Virus record (IMG/VR): IMGVR_UViG_3300033150_001531
Coordinates: 276 to 64,275 of that record
Origin: a virus
Lineage: Duplodnaviria > Caudoviricetes
Direction: 5' to 3' (one strand)
Length of the DNA stretch: 64,000 nt
The position numbers and the translations under genes were made by a program. Positions 26,500-35,500 of the stretch are shown piece by piece. How positions within the stretch are numbered: the stretch's first letter is position 1; every line of letters starts with the position of its first letter. The notes beneath the pieces are model-generated. The model saw only the letters and a list, made by a program, of their open reading frames with translations. It searched no databases and had not been told where the DNA came from.

Positions 26500-28884
26500 A
26501 TGTCAAAATCGAAATTTACTCATGCTCAACACGCACAACTACCCTTCAAACAAGGCCCGCTTAATGCAAAAATCGTTTTAGTTGGGGAAGCCCCGGGCGG
26601 TGAGGAAGCAATAGATAAAGAGAAAAGACCATTTATCGGATCAAGTGGAAAATTATTAAGAGAACTCTTACAAAAATTTGGAGTAAATCCAGAAGAATGT
26701 TACATAACAAACATTCTTAAAACTCGACCTCCGAAGAATGATTTTGCTAAATTTGTAAAAGAAAACCCAAAAACATTTGAAACACACATAAAACTTTTAA
26801 GATTTGAATTAGAACTTCTAGAAGATCCTTATTTAATCGTCCCTGTCGGAAAACAAGCATTACGAATTTTATGCGGAAAAACTTCTATTGAAAAATGGCG
26901 AGGAAGTAGAATAAAATGCATATTCCCTCCAATAAAAAACGTTAAAGCGTTCCCAATTTTACATCCAGCAGCAGTTTTAAGAGCTTGGAAAAAATACTTC
27001 ACGCCTTTTGTAGCTGATATAAAAAAGCTTAAAGAAGAATCCTCTTTTAAAGAGCTCATCCTACCTGAACGCGAATTTATAATTCGTCCCACATTTGAAC
27101 AAGTTTTAGAATATATCGATCTTTGCAAGAATAAAAAACCAACATCTTGTATCGGTCTTGATATTGAAACAACATTAAAGAAAATATGCTCAATTCAGCT
27201 AGCTATTAGTAAAAAAAGCGCAATAACAATCCCATTCCAATACAAAAGTGGTGAGTCTTATTTTCCATTAGATCAAGAAATAATTATTTGGCAAGCTCTT
27301 ACTGATTTACTAGAAAATTGTGGTCGTCGTATTTTAGGTCAAAACATTGTTGCTTTCGACTTCTTTTATCTTGCAATTCATGGATTCAATCATAAAAAAC
27401 TATGCGAAAATCTTCTCATGGATACAATGACTGCAATGCAATGTTTAGAACCTGAACTCCCGCGAGGTTTAGACTTCTTATGCAGTATTTGGACTAAAGA
27501 ACCTTACTATAAAGATGAAGGGAAGGAATGGGGTACAAGAGTTGGTGAGGAAGAATTTTGGACATACGGCGCAAAAGATGTTGCAGTTCTACATGAGATT
27601 GCAGAGAAATTAAAAAAAGAGCTTGAAGAAGCAGATTTATGGGAGTTTTATAAAAAACGATTTTTAAAACAAGCATTTATTCAATTAGATTTAAGTTTAA
27701 GAGGTTTACCTTTCGATTCAAAAAAGAGAGAAAAGTTAGAAGAAAAATTCACGAAAGAAATAATCAAGAAACAAGCACAATTAAATGTCATCGTTAACAA
27801 ACCTTTAAATGTTAAATCTCCCAAACAAATGGTAGAGTTTTTATATCAAGATTTAAAACTTCCAATAAAAAGAAATCGCGCTGGAAATCCGAGCGCAGAC
27901 AAATACATTGTTAATGAATACGCAGCGAAACATAATATAAAAGCTCTTAAACTCGCCGCAGAAATAAGTGAGAAGAGAACGCTCTTTGGAAATAATATAA
28001 GAGTATCGGTAGATTCGGATAATAAAATTAGAACTTCTTATGGTTTCACAGAAACTGGCCGTTGGAGAAGCTCAAAAACACCATTAAATACTGGAACAAA
28101 TTTACAGAATTGGACGCATGAAATGCGCGTCATGATTCATGTACCGCCGGATGAGTGGTTTTTAGAGGTTGACGGTGCGCAAGCGGAAGCACGCATCGTT
28201 GGATATCGAGCACGAGATGTTGATGGACTAATTCGCATTTTCGAATCAAACAAAGACATTCATTGCCAAACAGGTTCAATAATTTTCGGATTGCCTCCAG
28301 CAGAAATAGTTGGAAACGAGCCCGGGGACACACGTTATTTAGCTAAAAGAATTGTTCACGCATCTAACTATGGAATGGGACCAGCATTATTTGCGAAAGT
28401 TTACAATCTAGATGCAGCAAAGTTTGGAAAACCTATGGTTACATCCAAACAAGCAAAGATTTGGCAGCAAAAATATCACGAAGGTTTTCCGAATATTAAA
28501 AACGTTTTTCAACAAGAACTAGCAGAGGAAGTTAAAAAATACAGAAAATTATATAATCCATTTGGACGCCGTATGGTTTTCAGAGACCGTGTAGGTTATG
28601 AAATGTATAAGGCTGCTTTCGCATGGTATCCGCAATCTACAGTAGCTGACTGGACTAATACAATTTTGATGAAGCTTTACAATTCTCATTTAGCTAAAGT
28701 CGTTCATCAAATGCACGATGGCATCACAATGACAATAAAGCCTAAAGATTTGGATAAAGCTATAGAATATATTAAGGAGTGCGCTAATTTCAAGATCCCA
28801 GTGCAAAATTATAAAGTGTATATCCCTATTGAATTTAAAATTGGCAAAGAAAATTGGCGTGATATGGAAGAAATCGCAATATGA
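26500..28884 (+). CDS. polA: family A DNA polymerase with N-terminal uracil-DNA-glycosylase-like domain and 3'-5' exonuclease
   Basis: UDG: VGEAPG, LHPAAVLR. Exo: GLDIET, GQNIVAFD, YGAKD. Pol: EVDGAQAEARIV, RYLAKRIVHASNYG, QMHDG. Confidence 0.93.
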   Translation: MSKSKFTHAQHAQLPFKQGPLNAKIVLVGEAPGGEEAIDKEKRPFIGSSGKLLRELLQKFGVNPEECYITNILKTRPPKNDFAKFVKENPKTFETHIKLLRFELELLEDPYLIVPVGKQALRILCGKTSIEKWRGSRIKCIFPPIKNVKAFPILHPAAVLRAWKKYFTPFVADIKKLKEESSFKELILPEREFIIRPTFEQVLEYIDLCKNKKPTSCIGLDIETTLKKICSIQLAISKKSAITIPFQYKSGESYFPLDQEIIIWQALTDLLENCGRRILGQNIVAFDFFYLAIHGFNHKKLCENLLMDTMTAMQCLEPELPRGLDFLCSIWTKEPYYKDEGKEWGTRVGEEEFWTYGAKDVAVLHEIAEKLKKELEEADLWEFYKKRFLKQAFIQLDLSLRGLPFDSKKREKLEEKFTKEIIKKQAQLNVIVNKPLNVKSPKQMVEFLYQDLKLPIKRNRAGNPSADKYIVNEYAAKHNIKALKLAAEISEKRTLFGNNIRVSVDSDNKIRTSYGFTETGRWRSSKTPLNTGTNLQNWTHEMRVMIHVPPDEWFLEVDGAQAEARIVGYRARDVDGLIRIFESNKDIHCQTGSIIFGLPPAEIVGNEPGDTRYLAKRIVHASNYGMGPALFAKVYNLDAAKFGKPMVTSKQAKIWQQKYHEGFPNIKNVFQQELAEEVKKYRKLYNPFGRRMVFRDRVGYEMYKAAFAWYPQSTVADWTNTILMKLYNSHLAKVVHQMHDGITMTIKPKDLDKAIEYIKECANFKIPVQNYKVYIPIEFKIGKENWRDMEEIAI

Positions 28885-30302
28885 GGCTATTAAAAGATAG
28901 CTGGATCAAATCATATTTAGATATATTTGATTTTACAGAACCGCCTACATCATTTCATATTTGGACTGCTTTTAGCATTTTAGCTGCTGTGTTAAAAAGA
29001 AAAGTGTGGTTTGGAAATAAAGAACATTTACATATCTTTCCTAATTTATATGTAGCGTTAATTGGTCCTAGCGGTATAAGAAAGACGACAGCATCGAATT
29101 TAGGAATAGAATTATTAACGCATGTTGATGGCATTAAAATTATAAGAGATAAGACGACACCAGAAGCTCTTCTAGAAGCACTCACAGCTACAGAGATTAT
29201 AAAAAAGGAAAGCAATGATGATGACGGAAAAGAGAAATTAGAGTTCGAAATAACATCACATGGATTTTTATACGCTCCAGAACTCTCTACTATGTTAAGT
29301 GGTCATGTGAAATATTTGCAGGGGTTAAACGAACAACTAACTGCACTTTATGATTGTCCGACACACTACGATTATACAACTAAAACTTCTGGGAAAAATT
29401 ATCTAGAGAATGTTTACGTAAATTTACTTGGATGTTCTACAAAAGAGTGGCTTGCTACCATTTTTAAAAACTCTGATCTTGGTGGCGGTTTTATGGGTAG
29501 ATTTTTATTTGTTGTTGAAGAAAAAAAAGAAAAGGCGATACCACTTACAGATGTTAAATTTAGTGACAAAAAATCAGCTTTAAAAGAAATGCTTATTGCA
29601 GACTTGCAACACATCTCAAGACTTGAAGGCGAAGTAAGGGTGACCCCAGAAGCGCGAGAAGCTCATAGAAAATGGTATTTGGAGTTGCAAGAGCGGAAAC
29701 AAGATTATGCGTTATTCCTTAGCGGTTTTGTTGAAAGAATTGAGGTTTTGATTATAAAAATTGCAATGCTTTGCTCTATTGCGATTGACGATTCTTTAAT
29801 TATAACAGAACAGCATTTAAAAAATGCGAGATTGTTATTAAAAGCAGTAGAAAAGAATATGGCAAACGCTTTTATTCATATTGGAGCAACGCAAGAGGCG
29901 AAAATTGGCGAATTGATTTATAAAATTATTAAAGCTAAAGGTTGTGTTGAAAGAAAAGAGCTTTTTTCTCATGTAAGTCAATATATTAAAAGTGTTCAGC
30001 ACTTTAATTCAATAATCGCTAATATTAACGAGATGGGCAAAATTGTTGGGAGTCAAACTAAAGACAACAAAACTATTTATATGAGTACCGAATTTTATCG
30101 AGATTGGAGGGCAAAAAAGTTGAAAGAGTTGAAAGAGCAAGAAATTAAAAGAAAGGAGGATTTAGAAAGGAAGAGAGCTGAAATTAGAAGAAGAGTTAAG
30201 AAGCAGAGAGAAGAAAAAGAAAAAGAGAAGGAGAAAGAAAAAGAAAAAGAGAAAGAGAAAGAGAAGGAGAAGGAGAACAAAAATAGTAATGCAAAAGCCT
30301 AA
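28881..30302 (+). CDS. DUF3987-like P-loop ATPase (putative replicative helicase)
   Basis: FPNLYVALIGPSGIRKT, APELSTML, GGFMGRFLFV; follows the polymerase. Confidence 0.75.
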   Translation: MRLLKDSWIKSYLDIFDFTEPPTSFHIWTAFSILAAVLKRKVWFGNKEHLHIFPNLYVALIGPSGIRKTTASNLGIELLTHVDGIKIIRDKTTPEALLEALTATEIIKKESNDDDGKEKLEFEITSHGFLYAPELSTMLSGHVKYLQGLNEQLTALYDCPTHYDYTTKTSGKNYLENVYVNLLGCSTKEWLATIFKNSDLGGGFMGRFLFVVEEKKEKAIPLTDVKFSDKKSALKEMLIADLQHISRLEGEVRVTPEAREAHRKWYLELQERKQDYALFLSGFVERIEVLIIKIAMLCSIAIDDSLIITEQHLKNARLLLKAVEKNMANAFIHIGATQEAKIGELIYKIIKAKGCVERKELFSHVSQYIKSVQHFNSIIANINEMGKIVGSQTKDNKTIYMSTEFYRDWRAKKLKELKEQEIKRKEDLERKRAEIRRRVKKQREEKEKEKEKEKEKEKEKEKEKENKNSNAKA

Positions 30303-30627
30303 ACAAGAGCAAAAAATAAGAACCAAAACAACAATCCTTGAAGAAGTTATACAAACTTTAGAAAAGCGTGAACACTTATATGGAGATGCTTTTAAAACCT
30401 ACAACATTGCTCGCCATCTCTTTGAGATGTATTTAATGAAATATTGCAGAATACATGTTGGATTAAAAACATCAGATATTATGATGTTTATGCTTTTTAT
30501 CAAAATCGCAAGACTTCTTCATACAAGAATGGATATAGACACGAAAAAAGATTTAATTGGTTATGTTGCACTTTTAGATTATGTGCAAGAGCAAGAGCAA
30601 GAGCAGGAGCTTAATATAAATGAATAA
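30289..30627 (+). CDS. DUF6378-like small helical phage protein
   Basis: REHLYGD...IA...YL...MLFIKIAR...D...DLIGY. Confidence 0.7.
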   Translation: MQKPKQEQKIRTKTTILEEVIQTLEKREHLYGDAFKTYNIARHLFEMYLMKYCRIHVGLKTSDIMMFMLFIKIARLLHTRMDIDTKKDLIGYVALLDYVQEQEQEQELNINE

Positions 30628-30814
30628 AAAAGATCAAGATTCTGAATGTAAATGTGAAGTTAAAAAACCACTTCACATCTTAGTCGAGATGCGAGATCGA
30701 GAGTTAAGATTGATTCAAAGACTAACTCCGATGAACGCAAGAGAAGTTAAGAAAATTGTAGATTTATTTCTAACAGATTCCTTTAGAGGATATATTAGTA
30801 TTAATTTTCTTTGA
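30620..30814 (+). CDS. hypothetical protein
   Basis: AGGAG SD. Confidence 0.5.
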   Translation: MNKKDQDSECKCEVKKPLHILVEMRDRELRLIQRLTPMNAREVKKIVDLFLTDSFRGYISINFL

Positions 30815-31083
30815 GATTTAAAGAAGAAAAGGAGAAGAGAAAAATGACTTATTATAATAATTATAATAATTATAAAAAACATGCAGTAACTGGAGCAGTG
30901 TGTCTTACAATGCATACGCATGGATATAGTATGGAGATCTACTACTATGACGAACTATACCAAAGAATTGGATTTGAAGTATACATATACACTTCATTGA
31001 CAAAAGCCTTAGCTGCGCAAAGAAAAGCCTCAAAAGAATTAGATACACTTCTTAAAGAAAATAAAGCTGGGAGGTTGACTTAA
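30811..31083 (+). CDS. hypothetical protein
   Basis: Co-oriented; start may be the ATG at 30844. Confidence 0.55.
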   Translation: MRFKEEKEKRKMTYYNNYNNYKKHAVTGAVCLTMHTHGYSMEIYYYDELYQRIGFEVYIYTSLTKALAAQRKASKELDTLLKENKAGRLT

Positions 31084-31090
31084 ACTAAAA

Positions 31091-31315
31091 ATGCAATTTT
31101 ATGATGAATCAATAATCCAATGCGAATCCTGTTATAATTATTATACTCCAGACGAAATAATTATTTGTCGAATATGTCATATAAATGTGTGTATTTATTG
31201 CGTGAATAATAATAGTTTTGAAGATTATTGTGATGCATGTTTTAATGATGTTCAGGAAGAGATTAAGAAAAATAATGGAGATATAATAAACTTCAATCCC
31301 TATAAAGATTCGTAA
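31091..31315 (+). CDS. small Cys-rich zinc-finger protein; last gene of the + arm
   Basis: CESC, CRIC, CIYC, CDAC. Confidence 0.65.
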   Translation: MQFYDESIIQCESCYNYYTPDEIIICRICHINVCIYCVNNNSFEDYCDACFNDVQEEIKKNNGDIINFNPYKDS

Positions 31316-31778
31316 TTTTCTTACCACTCTTGCCAACTTCTCGCAGAACAAAATATCCGCCGACAAGTGCAAGTGTTAATGCATGAACTTCGTAAGGAAA
31401 ATCTACAGGATTTAGTCGGGTTTCCGAGAACCAATTTGCAATCGTAGTTCCACCATAATTAAGAGAATAGATAATTAGGAGGCCGTAAAGCCAAGAAGGT
31501 CTTGCTCTTCTAACAAAAGAATCCTCAGATTCAACTTCTGCTCTAATTCGCTTCTCCCGCTCTTTATCGGCCTCTAACAAAACACTAGTAACACTTTGTT
31601 CTAATTGCGCTTGAACAGCTTGCGCTTTCACTTGCGCTTCGAGCATTTTGATTTCAAATTCTTTTTGCTTCTCTGGGTCCATCCTAAAACTGCTAACAAT
31701 ATCTTTAACTGCACCAGTAATAACACCAACCGGATTCGCACTCTTAAAAACCTCAGAAATTGCACTTTTAAAACTCAT
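31293..31778 (-). CDS. holin (3TM, GTA-holin-like)
   Basis: DSFVRRARPSWLY...LVGGYFVLREVGK; adjacent to the endolysin. Confidence 0.75.
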   Translation of the reverse strand: MSFKSAISEVFKSANPVGVITGAVKDIVSSFRMDPEKQKEFEIKMLEAQVKAQAVQAQLEQSVTSVLLEADKEREKRIRAEVESEDSFVRRARPSWLYGLLIIYSLNYGGTTIANWFSETRLNPVDFPYEVHALTLALVGGYFVLREVGKSGKKITNLYRD

Positions 31779-31831
31779 TTTTCTTTAACTCCTCTCTAAT
31801 TTTAATTTTAATTTTAATTCTGATTTTAATT

Positions 31832-32287
31832 TTAATTTGAACTAAAATCGTATTTTATCAAATCTATTGCATCCCCGACAATCACAGAACAATCCTCTTT
31901 CTTAACGGCTTCTAAAACAAATTCGTAGAGTTTTTTATAAGCCACTTTCGAATGTGTAAGCATCTTCAGTAAATTCTCATCGTGAATAGGATTAGTTCCA
32001 ACACCAATACAACCCTTTAATTCCTGAAAATAATTCGCAATATGAAAATAAATACAACTTCTATTCGGCACTCCTTTTAATTCCAACATTCCTTCATGCC
32101 AAGAAAATTTTCTCTTATAATCTTCGTGCATCTTTCCAGCTTTTCTCAACGTAATTTTAAATAGCCCGGGGGAAATTTTTCTCTCTTTATTCTCTAATCC
32201 ATAACAAACAAATTTACCATTAAACAAGATTATACTTGCTGTAGAAAACTCATCCTCGTAATATCTAAAAAGAGTTATGATGCTCAT
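31832..32287 (-). CDS. DUF5675-family putative endolysin
   Basis: CYGLE...ISPG...GVPNRSCIYFHIAN...LKGCIGVG. Confidence 0.78.
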   Translation of the reverse strand: MSIITLFRYYEDEFSTASIILFNGKFVCYGLENKERKISPGLFKITLRKAGKMHEDYKRKFSWHEGMLELKGVPNRSCIYFHIANYFQELKGCIGVGTNPIHDENLLKMLTHSKVAYKKLYEFVLEAVKKEDCSVIVGDAIDLIKYDFSSN

Positions 32288-32296
32288 AATTATAAT

Positions 32297-32533
32297 TTAT
32301 GCTTCAGGTTCAGATTCAAGTTCAATCTCACTATAATCATCAATTAGTTGCCGTCTAATAGCATCAACTTCGCTTCCACGAACAATTCTTTTAATGTAAT
32401 CCACAAGATGCTTCCTTACAAAAGCTAATTTATCTGCTGGAGTTCCATCCCCTTCATACATGTATTTTTTGTCAAAAGCATTAAAAACTCTACTTACTTT
32501 ATCATCAGGTATTGTGATTGTTATTTGCGCCAT
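32297..32533 (-). CDS. small protein downstream of the fibre gene (possible chaperone)
   Basis: Position; AGGAG SD. Confidence 0.55.
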   Translation of the reverse strand: MAQITITIPDDKVSRVFNAFDKKYMYEGDGTPADKLAFVRKHLVDYIKRIVRGSEVDAIRRQLIDDYSEIELESEPEA

Positions 32534-32584
32534 TATGTAAATTCTCCTAGTTTACTAAATTTAATTAAATTAAATTAAATTAAA

Positions 32585-35500
32585 TTAAATTAAATTTAAT
32601 TCATTCAAATCCTTTACCTTCCCACCTTTGACATAAAACCCATCATCATGAAATACTGCAACAATTTCTCCCTCTTTATCCATAATTTGTATGCCTTTAT
32701 CATATTTCGCAATTCTACTAACATCTCCATGTTCAGCAGCCCACTCAACCATCTCATCCGTAACACCAAATTCTCTAATTTTCCATTTATTTGCAAATGC
32801 AATATCAGCTTCAGCGTTTCTATAAATGGTATCACAATAAATATTTGCTACGCGTACACCATCTGTGCCAATATCATAAGCACTGTCAGTATCACAAGTA
32901 ATATCCTCTTTAAGTATTATTGAAGAACTAGTAACTGTTAATTTTTGTGTTGTACTATGGCGTAATGAAACAGCATTTTCCGTACAAAGAACATTCCCTT
33001 CCCACCCGGAAACACTATAATAACCGAGACATATTAACGTAGTTGCAAGCGAGAGTAATGCATAAGGTGCTGAATCATTAGATCCAACATATACTGTATC
33101 TTCTTGAGCATCAAATACTGTGGCACCATCAACTTTAATCTCAACAGAATTGTCTGCAATATATATTCCAGAATCATATCCAGAACTGTCACGTGATCTA
33201 AGAAAACATTGTGAGTTACTAACATACATTCTACTATAAGGATTTGATGTCGAACTATCTATAGCAATTCCACTAGATACATTCATATCTATCATACGAT
33301 CGCTATCATCTTTTGAAATAAGTCTATCTACACGGACATCTCCTTCAAAATAACCATCAGCAAAAGCTTTGGAAGCAGATCCGAGATCATAAGCATCATC
33401 TGTAAATGGTATAATATCGCAAGCTACAGAAATTTCTGAAGATTGAACTGCTAATTTAATTACATTGTGAATATAACATAATACAGATTCTCCATAAGTT
33501 GCATCATTAGCTCTAACCTCTAAGCTTGATTGTACTATGGTCCCATAATCAGTACGCAGTATTATAAATGGATCTGTTGTAGATCCATCAAGCGTAACTG
33601 AACTTGTAGATGTCCCTGAGCATTGCACGCTTGCATAATCTTCGACTTCAATAAAAACACTATTCCATCTTGTACTTTCACCCCCAAGATGTAAATATTC
33701 AGTACCACCTGTCTCTGGAGCAATATATAAATCATCATTTGTTGTAGTTGAATAAATACTGCTCCCACTCCCGAAAATAAGTTTCCCGGGGGCAGAATCA
33801 TCTTGTGTTAACAAAATAGACCCTGCATGTATACCAGAAACTGGAATACTAACTAAATTATTTCCACTAGTATCATAAGCATTAAATCCACTTGATGCAT
33901 CAATTTCAACTCTACCACCGCTTGCACCTGTTCTAAGTGTAATTCCAGTAGCGGTAATATCTCCGCTAGAATCCCAAGCAAAACCGCCAGAAGTTCCTAA
34001 CCAACCGCTTCCATCGCTTGCGTCAAATCTAGCAGTATTAACATCAGAAGAATTTTTCATTGTAATACCAGCAGAATTCAAAAATACTCTAGCACCACTT
34101 GCAGCAGTTCTAATTAACGCGCCAGTAATTGTTCCACTAGTAATACTTCCTAAAGCTGCACTAATAGCTGATAACTGAGCTACATTTATTTCCGTTGCAG
34201 TTACAGAATTTGCAGCTAATTCATTAGTAGTAATTGCATCAGCTTGAACCATTCCAGTACTAATACTGTTGTCTCCAATAACAGTATCGTTTATTCCTAA
34301 AACTCCAACAATAGGAATATAAGCTGCCATAGCATTAGTGTTGGAAGAAGCCCAAGCAAGACACATTACAATTCTATCTTCATGACCTTCGATGTCAGTA
34401 GCATAATCTTTAGTTACTTGAAGTGTTGCATTATCTACAACATAATAAATGTAGTAAATATCCCCACTTCCAGTAGTCATACTACCAGTTCCGGTAGTAG
34501 ATGCATTTACTGTTTTCGCACTTTCTCCTTCAATGGTAATTGTTCCGTCTCCACCTCCCCATTTTCTCCATTTAACGGTTCTATAATCTGAAGCATAGAA
34601 CTCCATATTTGTGAAGAAGCGTCGTGCTTGAGCTTTTAAAGAAGCTGTAGGAATTGTGTCTGCATCTATTGGACCTCCAGGAATTGATGTAATTCCTCCA
34701 GTTCCCCAGACAATTTTATCTGTGCCAGTTCCAAGAAACCCACTACCATCAGCTTTAATACTAACAGTTTGTATATTGTTTCCAAAAGCTTGAATCTCTG
34801 GAGTTCCAGCGTTACCATCAATTTTAATATAGCTTGTTCCTGTTCCAGGACAGCGAATAACGCCGCTAGTTAAAGTTCCCATATCAGCAGTAAATGCGCT
34901 TAAATAATTACAAGCTACAATATTTGCAGCTATAATACTGCTGGTTCCAGTAGATGGTAAATAAGTAATATTTTCGTTTGTATCAGAAGTAGTTATAATT
35001 GTGCCAATTAAATATTTGTTGTCGCCTAATGCATCTGACGGAGATGTACTAACACTTAAATTAGAATTGCCACTAGTCTTATACAAATAATATACAGCAT
35101 CAGTTGAGAGTGTTCCAGAATTTCCACTACTAATACTTTCAGTTGCCCCATCAGGCAACCACACATATCCTGATGTCCACTCAGCCCCACGATATTCATT
35201 ACCTGTAAGCGGAGAAACAAAAATGCTGCAAATAACGGGAATACTCCCAACTGATTGTTTCCCTGCTGTAATTGCGCCATCGTCAACATCATCTTCAACA
35301 ATACCTGCGATATCTTTTTCTACTGCACTACCTGGGGTTAATGTTCCTGTAATCGTAGAATCACTATATCGTAAAGCTCCCGGGCCAAAAACATTAACAG
35401 CCCGCGCCGCAACAACAAGACCATTTCCAGAAGTAGTTTTTCTTGCTCTATAACGTAATTCAGGCTGAACATATTCAGTCCCGGGCAAAACCGCAACTTC

